A stretch of 64,000 nt of DNA from Psammoneis japonica (Eukaryota). Shown piece by piece: positions 48,451 through 62,500 of this stretch. The DNA is taken from NCBI GenBank assembly GCA_008632985.1, contig QPGO01000026.1, positions 124,001 through 188,000 of the forward strand, written 5' to 3'. The translations under genes and the position numbers were made by a program. Each line of letters begins with the position of its first letter. The first letter of the stretch is position 1. The notes under the pieces are model-generated. The model was not told the DNA's origin. It worked only from the letters and a program-made list of their open reading frames with translations, and did not search any database.

Positions 48451-48845
48451 TTGCAATTTGCGTGTGCCCATTGAATGCCAAGGAATCCACACTGGAGAGC
48501 GCCACATCAAATGCAGCCAGTCGCACATGGGAAGCTCTTTGCAGTGCAACCGGGTTGCTCAAATTGCCAACAACACAGAGTCTTTGCCAGAACAAGCTGC
48601 TGGCCAAAGCTTTTTCAGCTTTGACAAAACCTTTGGAGAAGAATCTACAACACAGCAGGTTTGTGATGGTGCAGCCAAGCCCATTGTCCAGGGAGCAGTT
48701 TCAGGAATCAATGCAGCCATCTTTGCATGCGGACAAGCCTCTGGTGGTGAGACCCACATGATGCAGGATTCCAGGCCCATTGAAGAAGGCTGCAACTTGA
48801 CTGGTGGAGGAATTGCACATGTGGCCAGCAAGCTGGTTTTCGATT
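48451..48845 (+). pseudogene. Captured N-terminal kinesin motor fragment (kinesin-7/CENP-E-like)
   Basis: VAICVCPLN (cf. VxxRxRPLN), FSFDKTFGEESTTQQVCD, GINAAIFACGQASGGETHMM (cf. P-loop IFAYGQTxSGKTYTM), GGIAH. Confidence 0.85.
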
Positions 48846-48992
48846 TTCAGGTGTTGCAATGCTGATGTTTATTCACCCTTTTTTCTTGACAACATTCATG
48901 CAGTTGCCAATGCGTTTGAGCATTTGGAACAACACTGACACCAACAATTCAAGTTGAGTCATCTGGCTGTAAATCAGAAATGCACAAGTGGC

Positions 48993-50400
48993 ATGATGAG
49001 TGCCATGTTGAATTTTGACAACTCCTTGGAATCAGACTGGCTGCACTGTTGTGAGCAAAAGGAGGAAGCTGGGTTTTCTGAAGAGGATCTTCATTTGTTT
49101 CTTGATTCCATGTGTGAAAGTGTTCTTCTGAATTGACACAGAACTGTCCAAACTGGAGAGTGAATGAGGATTTTGGGAGGCCCGCGTCAAGGTGTGCACA
49201 GAAGAGCTTCCACACAATGGATCCCATTGAAGACATTACGTTGCTGCACATGGGGAAATCAAGTCTGATGATGCTTTTGCTGAAGTCAGAACTGTCCATG
49301 GATTTCAACAAAGTGGCAGCTTTCTTTGCTGCACATTGCACACAAAAAGCACACTGTGCTGTCTTTTGCCAGAAGATTTGCACAATGATGGCAATGAGAC
49401 GAGACTTGACAATTCTGGCTTGATGGACAGAGAAAAACACAAAGCCACATGGAAAATTGTTGGCAAATCTCCTTCATCATTGGTGGTGTGCAAAAACACA
49501 CCTTTTGGGAGAAGTTCCAAGAGCGGTTCAACAAGGTGTGTTAAAACACAAATGTCAGTGACACGACATTGTTGACAGTGTCTCTGGATGACAACAAGAA
49601 GGCTGCTGCCAACAATGGTGCTGACATGCAAGGACCAAACCAAGTCATGCACACTGACAAACAAAAAGGGACAGTCAGCCACCCAGAAGTGTCTCCAGCT
49701 GCACTTCTTGCTCATGGTGTTTGTTGGGAGCAAGAGGAAGATTGAACATGTGAGTGCCACATGAAGCTGGTGAAAACAATTTTTGGAAACAAACTGGTGC
49801 TCAACAGGGTCACATTTTGTTCTGATCATGGACACTGGATTCTTGAGCTCCCAGTTTGCTTGTTGGAGAATGAAGCAGAAAAGCACATGGCACAGTGTGG
49901 CACCAACATTGGCATCAATTTACATGTGATCAAGAGTTGAAAGAGGGTGATCCTTGAACTCTGATCAACAAGGTGGGTCCCAAAACTCCACACACTGGCA
50001 ATGGCAAGGTTGCAGAATGTGACATTTGTGTCAATGCACAACAAAACAGTGCCAACAGTGTGGTGCTGACAATGTCATTGATTGTTCATGGTGCGCATTG
50101 GGATTGTGCAGCACATGAAGAAAACAAGTCTCCAGTCAAATCCTGTTGGTGTGCAGCTCAGAGTGGCATCAAGCTTCAACTTTTCACCCATTTTTTGTTG
50201 ACAGGAACAGTGCTGTTGAGGATGAAGTGCTGTTGGAATTGAGCAAGTTAGCCACAGATCACATTGTTGAGCATCAAGGACATGTTGAGTGGTTCTGTGG
50301 CCAACTTTTGCTGTTCAGACTGCAAGGAGAATTGCAGTGGCGGTCTGCATGTGCAACAGTGTCCACAGATGTTTTGCACTGTCATCCATCCCTGCCACCT
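48993..50400 (+). pseudogene. Second, more decayed copy of the transposase at 30348
   Basis: SLESDWLHCCEQKEEAGFSEEDLHLFLDSM versus SLESDWLHCYEEKTDVAFSKEDLHLFLDSM; colinear through SLDD and SDxGHW; retains sequence missing from the first copy after about 31490. Confidence 0.85.
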
Positions 50401-50639
50401 CCAGCCCAAACCTGACCAGCCCGATCAAAATTGGATCAGGCTGGAGGTGGTGGGGATGGACAACAGCACAAAACATGTGCAGAAACCACCATGCAGACAG
50501 ACTGCCACTGCAACTCTCCTTGCAAGTGGCAATGCCCAGCTTGTTGTTTGTGTGAGCTTGAATTTGCAGCCAAACAACCACAAAGTCATGAACTCCAATT
50601 GCACAAATTTGCACTCACACAGCACCAACATTTGATCAG

Positions 50640-53600
50640 TGTGACAGAGATCCCAATCTAAGTGGGAATGACCTTCTCCACTGACACCCCCCCCCCCCCC
50701 CCCACACTGGGAGAATCAAAAGCCTGGTAAAAACAGGGTTGAAGATCTGCCAGTGCAAAAGAGAAGTGGTGAGAGTCATGACTGCCAGACAGACAGACAG
50801 CAAGGTGGAAACAATGCATCCGTTTCTGCGCCCGACACCATGCAATCGTCCACTCATTAAACCAATCCATTGAATCACCAACAATTGACAGACCGGGAGA
50901 TTGCTCTGAGCATGAGCAGGATGGCAAACTGGGAGGTCTTCCAGGATGACACCAGAGTGCACTGTTGGGAGGCCGTCCAGACCTGGTCCAATCCAAGAGG
51001 AAATCAGGTGGGCAGCCAGAGTGGTGCCAATTTGGCAGCAGCAAGTCACCAGGGATTGGCCAAGGCAACAACTGACAACAACTCCAAGCAGTGCAACCCC
51101 CCCCACAATGGGAGGCTTGCAACATTGGCAAGGTTGGGGTGAGGAGAATCCGAGACAATTGACTTCCCAGAAAAGACAATGGATTCATTTGCCTCTTTCA
51201 CGGTGTGCAGAGGAGCTGTCAGCATGCAGTGCTCAGATGGAAGCTTGTGCCATGCAATGTGTTGACGAGCATCAAGGGAGTGTGTTTTGATTGAACCAAT
51301 TGCCTCGTTCACAATGCACACTGTTGCTGCTCGGTCAGCAGCAACACCAGCTTTCTTGTGCTCAATTGGCTTGCCAAGTTTGTCCAAAGCAATCTTAAAA
51401 ATGGCCAATGGGTCAGTCTTGACATTCACAGAAAAAGAACAAGGGTCAACTGGTGGGGTGGTTGCCGATGGAGTGGCAGCATGGTTGGGGGCAACAACTC
51501 GGCATGAGAAATTCTGGGCCCACGTACGTCCGCAGCAAAACAAGGTGGTGGCAGCCTTCTTGGGAGCAGCAGAGGCATTGGAGGCTGGAACATGGTTGAG
51601 TTCCAGGTCAATGGTGGTGGTTGCAGCAGATGGAGTTGTCACTGTTGGACGCAACTCAATGACAGGGCGAGTTGCATCGCGTGCAGCAGCAAACTCGGTG
51701 GATGGAGCAGAGATGGCGCTGAGGGTCCATGTGGGGTGTCGGTTGCAGTTGCAATTGGCAAATTGCCATCTTGAGCCGGTGCCTGGGACAGAGCGGCCCA
51801 CATTGACAACGATTTTTCTCGCCAGAACAATGCCGTCCTCAAACGGGTGCCATTCGCAGCGGCCATTGTAATGTTCTGTTGCACTCAAAGAAATCAACGG
51901 TGCATGGGGCAGTTGACATTGGATCTTTGATGGTGCACCTCACATGGGATCGCTGCGCAAGTAGAGTGCACACCACGCCACACGCAAAACGTTGGCTGAT
52001 GATGCTGACAAAAGCAATGAGATGAACAACAATGAACACGCCATTTGTGTCGACAGAGCAAAGGTGTTTACATTGAAAATGCTCACCGCCGGTGTCAACA
52101 ACAACGTGCTGAAGGTGTTTTGTTGTTTCGCGGTGTGGCATGGCCCCCCCTTGCACCAAGCAAAAGCAAGGCTCACAACCTGACAGAGATCCCAATCTAA
52201 GTAGGAATGACCCTCTCCACCAACACAGTGTGCACTCACATTTGTTCTTCATTGTTGTGACCCAAAATCTTCATCATTGGAGAATGTGACAAATTACATC
52301 ATGCGTTCGACATTTTCTTTTGTTTGCAAAGTGCTCTGCATCAAAAAGAAGCTGCGCTCTCAGCACGGTGCACACAGATCCCAAACCCACCAGTGTCAAA
52401 CAAGAGGGCTGATGCCAAGAAAGGAAGAAACTGCTCCAGCTCCAGTGCTTCGCACACTTTGGCAGCAGTGCCCAGGATGCAATCCAGTCTTCACAAAATG
52501 GAGCCTGATCACAGCAGACACGCAGCTTGGTCCAACCTTGTCAATTCATCCAACCCAAATGTCTTTGTCATTGGCTCTTTTGATTTTTAGAGGCCCCCCC
52601 AAACACCCCTGCTGACTGGAAGCAAAGCTGAGAAACAACTCCCAAGAAAATCTGGTCCAAGCTGGCCTCTGTCTTGGTGCACACCAAGCTCAACCTTCCT
52701 CCTCTGTCATTTGCCAGCCCTGGTCAAAACACAAACACCAGCAAGCAATGATGCACATGGCAGCCCCACCCAGACAAAGAGAAAGCTGCACAACTCACCT
52801 TGTGGCACCATCTGGCATCATGCTCATTTTGCACAAGCTGCAGCACTCATTTTGGCTCCTGAAGAAGCTGTGCTCATCTCAGCACAAGTTGTGGTGTGCA
52901 TTTTGGCACATGAGCTGCACTCATTTTCTGTGCAAGTTGTGGTGCTCATTCAAAGTGAGTCAAATGTGGACAAAAAAAATGCAAAACAAACAGAGCCAAA
53001 AACAAGAAACACAACCACCAGATGCCAGCACAGGTCATGGTGCTCATTCAGTGCCTGAGTTGCACTTGTTCAGCACAAACTGTGATGCTCATTGCAGCAC
53101 CTGAGTTGTGCTCAATGTGACACACAAAATGCACTCAATTGATGTCTGCATTGTGCTTGTTTCAGCACATGTTGCAGTGCTTGGTTGGCACCTGAGTTGC
53201 ACTCATTTGGCAAAAGTTGTTGTGAACATCTAAAGAAAGAACCAACAACTGAAATGATGGAATGCACAACAGAGATGCACAACACACAATGACATTGGGT
53301 TGATCTCTCAATGACTGCAAAACTTGAAACCAAATGGTGTGCCCCACACTTTTCCAAAAAAATCCATGAAGACATGCTGTCAAGAAACAACAAAAACAAA
53401 ACACAAAGAAGAAAAGAGAGCAATGTGCCACAAATGCCATCTGTTGACCCTGCACAAGAACAGACTGTGTGCAGATGACAGTCAAATGATTTTTAGATGG
53501 TTGAGTTGATCTCTCTGAGATCTTCTTCTCACTCTTTCTTGCCAGCACACAGTTGCCAGTTTGCAGGGAGCTCTTGAGCTTGTTGCTCATGCCATCAGTG

Positions 53601-56600
53601 CTCTGACAGGTTGTGGCCTTGTTGAGCAATTGTCTCTCTGGCCTGCTCAAAACCAGTGCACACGTCATCAACCACACTGCATTTGACCTCCAAGAAGCCT
53701 GTTTGTGACATGATTGAAAAGATCTCTGTTGTTTTCATGCAACACACTCAAAACACCATGAAGTTTCCAAACACATCAACAGCCTTTGTGGTGGTGTCAC
53801 CACAGATCATTGCTCTGGATCAATTTTTTGATGGTTTCAAGCATGTGAAGGCCAAGGAAGACATCACTGATCTGCTTCAGGGGTGCATCCTTCAAGAGCT
53901 TTTGTCCTCCCAGAAACCCCTGACCCTGCTGACACCACCCCGTTGTGTCACTCTTCAGAAAACATTGCTCAAGAAGGTTGCCAGTCCTGCATCATTCTCT
54001 GACCAAGCACCTCATTTTTCCTGACAGATGACAGACCACAAAATTCTTGAAGAAGCTCTTCAGGCTTGTCACACCATTTGGTTGTCACTGTCAACATCTC
54101 ATGTCTCTGCTTTGCCCCAGACATGCAACACATGTTCAGGAACTGGAGCAAGTCTTCTGATGCCACATGCTCTCCAGTTTGTGCTCCCAAAACTCCAGCA
54201 GCATTGTCTGCTGCTTCAGGCCCTCTTGACATCTCTGATTTGATGGATGCACTGAAGAAAAACTGTGCTGCATCAAAGACACCCTCGTCTGGAGTTTCTG
54301 GCAGCTCTAAGACCCCTGCCACATCTTTGTCATCAACATTTCCATTCAATCTGGATGCTCCAACCAAGGATGTGCATGCATGTTTTGACCACAAGGCTGC
54401 AGAAAAGGTGATTCTTGCACGGTGCTCCAGTGGATCCATGCATCATCTGAATGGCACTGACCACCTTGTCCCACCTGATGGTTCCCTGTTTGTCATGGGC
54501 ATGACTCCCAATCACAAGGCTCTGTTCTGGGAACCAAGTGTGTGTCATGATGACTCTTGTCATGCTGGTGATTGTGAATGCTGTGGGCAACCGTTGTGGT
54601 GTTGTTTTTAACAAAACCATGGCAAAAACAAACATTTTGCCATCCAAAATGGCCCTGATGATGACCTCTCACAACAAATGCACACCCATTGTCTTGGAGC
54701 CTTGCACACTCTACACAAGCTCCTTTTGCACTCCAACATTTTCCCCAAGAACAGCAGGCTGCACTGTGTTGTTGCCTCTTGCTGCATGGCAGTGGTTGCA
54801 AAATGTTGAAGCAGAAGCAGGGGTTCAGTGGAGTCACACCCCAAACAAGGAAACCCACCCATCAAGAACCACTTTGCACTCTTCAAGGATTTTTTTACAG
54901 CCAGCTGTGCACATTCATTTTTGACACTGACTCATCTTTGGACAGGTGGCCTTGAGATTGCTGTCTTTGTCAACAAGAGTGCCAAGCACTCAAAGCACCT
55001 GGCAAGAGTGCCAAGCATGAGCTCATCTTGTCAGCTCACTTGTGCAAGTGCACCAAGAAACAGATTGTTGAGACGCTCTGCATGTGTTTGAGCCAGGCAG
55101 ACAGTCTGGCACACAGAGGTGCCTCTTCCAACTGAATTTGGTGGAACCCCCACCACCAGCATGAGCATTGTGATGATCCTTTGTCTTGCACTTCTCTTGG
55201 CATCAGTGCTGTGGATGTTGCCAATTTGCCAACTGTTGATGGCCTTCCCCTGAGTGGGATTTTCAATGAGATGTGCTTGCACATGATGACATGGTTGTTC
55301 CGTGAGATGACACCTTTGATGGCCTTTGCAACAAGTTGCACTCTCTGGGCATTTCAACGACAGACAATGATTGCCTTTTGCGTCATGCTTGCTCAGCACT
55401 GGTGTTCAAACTCAAGGTTGATCCCAAACAAGGCCACCAAGCATCTGCACCCAATGCACACTGGCAAACAACTTTTTGAAGATTGTCCTGTCCTTAAGAA
55501 CAGCCCCTGTGTCAAGGTTTTTCCCACTTGCTTCTGCCAGTTTTTGAAGCAAGAAGCTGTTCAACATGCACAGCTGTCTTTGCTGGCACTCAAGGAAACT
55601 TGAGACATCTGGACAGAATGGAGAACAAGTTCTTCTGTCTGCCAATTTTCTGCCATTGGATTTTTAGTTGGGTGTCATTGCAGCAAGCTTTGGATCTATG
55701 ATGCAGCCCATTTTCTCCCCTCCAAGCCCGTGCAGATGATGGCAAGGCAGCTGTGAAAGAGGGGCTTGCTGTTCTGTTGCCTTTCACTTCAAAACCACTT
55801 TCTTCAGATGTCACGAGTCTCCCCGATGACAATCCATTGGCACGCAATGCAGATCAGGGAGGGATCAAGATCAGGGGAGGGCACAGAAGACACCATTGAG
55901 CAATGGCTGGCACTTTTTCACCTTGAACACTCTGATGCTTTTGACAAAGCTGGTTTTCAGCTGTCAGCTCCATTCAAATCTCTGCCATTGAACCATCTTG
56001 AGCATCTTTGCCTGCTGTGGTTAAAAAGGAACATGCAGCTTTTGAGGTGAATGCAGTGCTGGCAACATGAATCTGCTCCATTGATGCCAAGCTTTTGCAC
56101 CATCCAACCCATGTCCCCTCAAGGTTCACCCAGCCCTTGGCAAAGGTGTCATTCCCCACAGATGTGGACACTTGTGTGTTCCAGCAGAGATGAAGGAAGG
56201 TCATGTTGGCATCTGCACTTGCCATTGTCCACAGCTTCAGTCTGCTCTCATTGACAAATGTGCAGTCCACACCTGCAGTGGTGGTCGCAAGAAAGATTTT
56301 GTGGTTGATTGCCTGCCAAAATTCCATGACTGTGGCACCTGCATGTTGCAAAACACAGTCTCTGCTCCAGTTAAGACATCATCATCCATGGCCAGTTGAT
56401 TGGTGGGAAGTGTTTTGCCTGCCCCTTGGTGCTCCCAGAGCTGGATGAGGTGCTCAAAAAATCCATGCATGACCTCAAGGATGACAACCCCAATTTTGCT
56501 GAAGAGCACAATGCAGCCATTGTGCCCATGATTGACACCTGCAAGAAGAGCCAAAACAAGGTGCTCAAGGATGAAATGAAGTTGATTCCACACTGCTGCA

Positions 56601-57250
56601 AAGACATGTCATTTGAATTTCACCTCAAGGAAAAGGCTCCTGTGTGGGCTCTTAAAGCACAGATGCTGAGTGCCCTCTGTGACACCAACTTCTTGCCCAC
56701 CCCAGCCAGTGACCACTGCCAGCATGATGCTCACAGGCACATTGGCGACATCCCCAAGCTTGCTCTCATGGTGCTTCTCCAATGGACACTTGCCCCACAT
56801 GCGTTCACATGAAGCAGGCCAAAAACCTGGCCGGCCCCAACTCTGCTTGAATCACTGCCCAACCAGCAGGTCCAGGCTCAACTGTGGATTTTACTTTCTC
56901 TGGTTTGAAGTCCAAAATTGAGGACCATGTGGTGGACTGTGCAGGTCCCAAATGGTGAGACTTGTTGGGTTGCTGTCAGCAGCGATCATCACACCTGACA
57001 TCTCCTTGGCCCTGCACAATTGCCAAACTGTGTCCTGAAAAAGCGTCAGAGTGCACGGTGTCATAATGTCTGCGTGCATGATGAAATTACATTGCTGTGT
57101 TATAAAATTTGCTTGTCTGCACATGACGGTTTTTGTCATTTGGTTGATTGTCAATCTCATGCTGTTCTTCATGTTCAAACACAGATGCTTTTTAATTTTT
57201 ATGCTCTGCCTTTTTCACAACAACTGATGATCTTTAACGACAAGCCAAAC
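50640..57250. other. Heavily decayed TE-like coding remnants lacking both TpA and CpG, unclassified
   Basis: Near absence of TA and CG; chains of broken + strand ORFs at 53.6-56.8 kb with no motif I can assign. Confidence 0.5.
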
Positions 57251-57320
57251 ATTGCAATTGCATGCATTTCAATTTTCATCATGTAAAGCGTGCACCAATT
57301 GTTTGATCAACAACTGTGCT

Positions 57321-59390
57321 TCAACCAGCCTGGTCATCCGCATCGTCCTCCTCATTCCACATGTCTTGTCCGCTCTCTTGCAAGAATTTCAAACATGCCG
57401 CTGCCGCGTTGGATGTTTCCTTGTCACCGTTCCAAAAAAGCCACACTGCATGTCTTGCATTTGGGTGAACATCATCGAGAGGAAGAGGTCCCTCGAAATG
57501 CTGAATCGCATCACTGCTCCCCTCTTGACGCATTGTCGTCGGCTTCTTTCTCTCTTTCTTCATTTTGCCTGTCCCATTTTTCTCTTCCTTCCTCGTCTTG
57601 GCGCTGCCTGTTTTCACCGTCTCTGGCGTCTTTCCATCCGAATCCTTCTTTTTCATCGATCTCGTCTCCGTCGCCTTCATCTCTTGTTGTTGTTGTTGTT
57701 GTTGTTTTTTCTGTTGGGTGTCACTTTGTTTTGGATCCATGTTTCTGACTTCTCTCTTTGCTATCTCCATTTCCAAATGTTTCTTTGTGATTGTTCGCAT
57801 GCGTCAGTTGAAGGCACCCACGTGCTTTTCACGCACCTTAACGCGCATGTAGAAATCCATGTTGTTTTCCAGCACATACACCCTTTCTTGATGCTGTTCC
57901 GCACAACATTTTCTTCCATCAATTCTACACTCCGCATTGCCCTTTCCCGGCATAATCTCACGCAGGATTTCCCTGGGAGAAGTTGCACACGCGTCTGGCA
58001 GGTTTTTGTGTTTAAAACTCCAAATCGCACCAGGCGCGCATGTAACTTCTCCCACACACCACTCTGGTGTGTTTCCACAGAAACCAGATTTTTTGGTGTT
58101 GGAACAGCAACCATGGCGCCGCGTGACCTGTCGGTCGCCTCTCTGTCGTCGTGCCACAGCCGTGCAAGTCACTTTCAGTTACACCATGGCTTCCATTGTC
58201 CAAAACGACACGTTGCGGGCACGCTGGCCTGATGACTGCTGGAGGAAACTGGCCGAGGTGGAGAGCAAAGGAAAAGAATCAAAAGAGGAAAAGATTTTGG
58301 CGGACTGCCGCGCAGCTAAAAAAGAGCTGGGTCACTGGTTGGGCACCGGGAGGAAGGAACCATCCAAGAACCCCTGCTTGCGAAGAGACTGCATGGACAT
58401 GTGTCATTTAATCTGCTCTTGCAGCAAAGTCACACGTGGTGACTTGGGCGTAGAGACCGCAGATGTGAAGAAATTTGGGAGATTCATTTGACGATCATGG
58501 AAAGAGATGAACAGACCATCAAGGAGAAATGGAAGGAACTGTCGGAAACCAAATACAAAATCATGAGCCGGGTCCATGAGAACATGCATGAATGGAGCAG
58601 GGAAGTGAGGGAATGCATGCACGCTGCACAGGCCATGTTCTCCATTCACGACAAGGACGAGCGTTCAAGTTGGATCATCAAGCGAGCGAGGAATGCTCAC
58701 AAAACACGCCAGCATTGGAACTTGCTGGCAATGCACCTGGAGAGGCAGGGAGAACAGTGTGCGGCAAACGGTTGGTCAAACAAACCAAGCAATGAGCTGA
58801 TTGATGAGTTTGCAGCTGGATCAAGGGAGGGCGAGTTTTGTCTGGCGATTGACAAGCAAGATGTTGATTCATTGAGCAGGGATTCAACCATCAGCTTGCC
58901 CACATGTGGGATGGACAACAGCGGGAATTGCGGGCCACTCGCATTGGACAATGGTTCAGGAGATGTGTGCAAACTGGTTGTGGACCGAAAGGGCGTCGTG
59001 TTTGATGCAAGGAAGCTGGCGAATTTGTTCGAGCGACAAGCGGAGTGAGACGCACCTTGCAGGTTGTGGTGGTGTGACGAATTGGAGTTCTTTGAATTAA
59101 CACCGAGGAAGGTTAACGGTTGGATCTTGGAAATAATCGAGAAAAGGAGGGACTTGGGTCGGGGGTCCTTTCCTTTTCATTGGGACGATGAAAAGGACAG
59201 GAAACTGCGGAGACAACATCTAAAAACAATGCAGGAAATGACTCGTCGTAATTACGTTGAGCGTTTTGTCGGGTGTGTCAGTGAGGCAACCTGCGCGTTT
59301 GATCGCATGACTGATTGCTCATGTGAGGGGAGGTACAGCAATTTTGTCATTGTCCCTTTAGAGGAGGATGCAATGGAAGAATTGGATTAG
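57321..59390. other. Two divergent hypermutated ORF remnants (minus 58114-57321, plus 58187-59390), probably TE accessory genes
   Basis: Protein-like charged composition, in-frame TGA interruptions, TpA depletion; adjacent to the Plavaka transposase. Confidence 0.4.
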
Positions 59391-59599
59391 AGTTCGTTTT
59401 CGGCGCGAAGTGTCAGAACGAAAGCAACGGAAGGCACTCGCACCGCACTGCTTCACGTGCACCACAAAGACTTTGCAATTCTGAAAGGAACAAATTCATC
59501 ATGTTTTCACGAAACAGTTGGGAAATCACTGTGAGTGAATGACAGATTGGTGCACGCATCTGACCAACACTTCCTTCTGTCCTGTGCAGCCCAAACAAA

Positions 59600-62500
59600 T
59601 CGGGCCTTTTCTTGTGCTTCTGCCACTCCTGGACATTCTTCATAAACCAAAACATTGTCCCCAATTGCTTCGACAGGGACAACACGTAACTTGGGTGAGC
59701 ACAGAGTCTTCTCAGGCGTTGAAAGCCAGTTGTTTCATTTGTGATCAAGCTGCCAGCGACTGGCCAAGTCTGTGTGCTGACACCGTTGCCTCACAGTTCT
59801 CTGGTCAGCTTGACAAGCAGTTGGATGGACCACTGCCCAAATCGATCCTGTGGCTTCCTGTTTGAAGAAACACAGCAAACGGGAGGGAAGCTGTTGATCG
59901 CCGTTTCGTGTGCCGAAGGTCACACAGGCAAAGTCACACCATGGTCCTTCGCTTTTGTGGTCGGGGTGCGCACGGCATGCATCCCTCCCGTTTGCATTGT
60001 AAAACTCTGTCTTGCAAGTCAGGTGTGTGTTTTCACCATCTTCACCAACACAATCCTCCCACTTTTCCGACATGAAGTTTGGCAACACAGGATGAACTTG
60101 GCAACAAGCATGCAAGCTGTTCCACTCAAACGTCACAGCGCCGATCCCTCGGTTGTAGGTGAGAGTGAACGCACTTCCTCCCACCGTGTGATTGTCTGTC
60201 CTGACTCTTGATGATTCCTTTTTCCCAGTTGGCAAAATCCAACTGTCAGCTGAAATTGCGGCGTTGAGCCTCATTTGGTCCTCCATGCGCGACACCACTT
60301 GCTTGAGAAAACTGTCGAGGTTGCGTTGTTGTGCGGCAGATGACGGCAGCTTGAAAAAGTCTTTCAAGAGACATTCCCCCAACCCTGCGTCAAAGTTCAT
60401 CGCATGTCGGTGACAATGAAGAAACGCCATGAGATGGAGTGTTTCATGAAGCTTTTGAAGCTTCCACCCGCATCCTTCTGTTTGCGGGACGAGTTGCACC
60501 ATCCGGTCAATGAGGAGACGGATTTTCTTGTTCATTTTCTGAACAGATGAACTGGGAGCAACGCTTGTGATGGGTGGATCGCCCAGCCTGCACCATGCGT
60601 GGAAGACAAGAAGGTCCTCGAGCAATTGAATGAATTGCCGGACTCTGCAGTCAAGTCTTTTTCCCTTGTGTTTTTTCTTTTTTTGGTTGTCGTCACCATC
60701 CTCAGCCTCACTCTCCTCTTTCTCATCCTCATTTTTGTCCCAGCCACCCTCTTCGGAATCCTCCGACCTTTCATCGTCAGAGTCCAAGTGCTCACTGGGT
60801 TGGCAGTGACTCTCAAAGTTAACTTTGGGTGTCTTGTGATTCTCTGGAACAATGGGTTCGTCTGCGTCCTCGTCAAGGAAGCATGACTCACATGCGTTTC
60901 GTCCCTCGCTTGTCAACAGGAGAAGGCAGAAAACAAAAGCCATTCCAGCCCAGTGGTGAGAGTTGAGGAAGGTGAGCAACGTTGCTCCTCCTTTGAAGTT
61001 TGTTTGCAAAAAGGATTCTTTGCAAGTTGACCGGTGATTGCTGAAAATCCTTTCCACTGTGCTGTCCACCTCACTTGCGACCACAGGTGTCATGCTGTCT
61101 ACAAATGAATTGATCACCCTTTTCAAGGTGCCATTTTCAAAGAGATGCATCATGTTGCTGGCTGTCGCAAGGGCAACGCCGCATGGTTGTGCGCCAAAGT
61201 CTGCCTCAAAAAGACAGTTGGCAGGCACGTTGTGTTGCTTGGGGCAATGCAAGATGCCCAACCAGTGCTTCCTTTCTTTGTCTGATCTGTCATCGTCGTT
61301 GGCCTCAGTTTGCACTTGGTGGAGATCCAGTCCTCGGACAAACTCGCATTCAATCCATGGGTCGTCCAGTTTGTTGAAGCCAGTGAGGCAAAAACGACAG
61401 CAACGTTGACCACAGTTGTGACCTCCGCATCTCGTCCAACGAGACAGTCGCCGCTTTTTGCATCTCCTGTGATCAGAACGATCAGTGGGATTGCGTGCAG
61501 GTGTGCATCTCATCCCCTCATCACACGCATGTTTTCATGCCTCCTTTTCTCATGACTTCCAAAAGTGGCTCCAAAATGACATGCAAGCAAGTGTGGCAGT
61601 CTCTTGACGAGCATCCCTTCTCTGCCTTGCGATTGTTTGAGAGATTCTTTGCCGCAGATGACGACATCTTTTCCAAATCCGGGAGATGACCAAGTGGTTT
61701 CCAGACACTCTTGTCCGACCATTTGTTGAAGGCAACATGCGCAGAGGTCATGATCACTGGTTCTCCGCAATGTGATCCCATCCCTTGTGTCCTGCCAGTC
61801 TTGTCGAGGTAAATGACATTGCACTCGAGAAATTGTTTCTCCGGGTCAGTCATCCGTTCTTCGCAACTGTGCCTGCACCACTCACCCGCCAAAAGGCACT
61901 TGTCATCTGGTCCTTCACTTTGTACTTCCCAAAAGGATTGTCTGGATCGGCCACATTCTCTCGGCTGCACCACAGGTGAGGATCGAGCAAAAACTGTTCC
62001 CAAACCTTTGTGAAATCCCATCTTGGCACTGACACTCGTTTTGGCAAACCGGTTTTGCAATTTTTGGTTTCTAGAGTGACAGGAATAGACTCGCTGGGTG
62101 GAAGAGGGAAATGATTAGTTAAGGCACGCATCAACTCTTTTCTCCTTGGCAGAACTGTGCCAAGCTCAATGTTGCTGTTGCCAGTGTGCCTCTCAATGAA
62201 ATCAACAATGCAATCGCACAATTCCAGGGGAGCACCACGTGTGTCCATGATCTTCTTGCACAACTCTACGCAAGCTCCGTTGAGATTTGTCAAAGAGGGA
62301 GTAGAAGCCAAGGCCTCTTCTGCAGGAGCGTCGTGCCTTGTCCCCAAACGTTGATCCTCATCGTGAATGTCCTCTTCCTCCTCCATTGTCACGTCCAACA
62401 CTGCAGCAAAGGATTGACCGCCGCCAACATCCAAATCATTCATTGCCAAAAGTTCAACTCCATGCATGCTGTGGTTTGATGAAATGGAGGACATGTCGTC

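Noticed and set aside
50686..50703. Poly-C run as a functional G-quadruplex element
   Set aside because: A simple homopolymer in decayed repeat DNA; its length is unreliable and nothing else supports a function.
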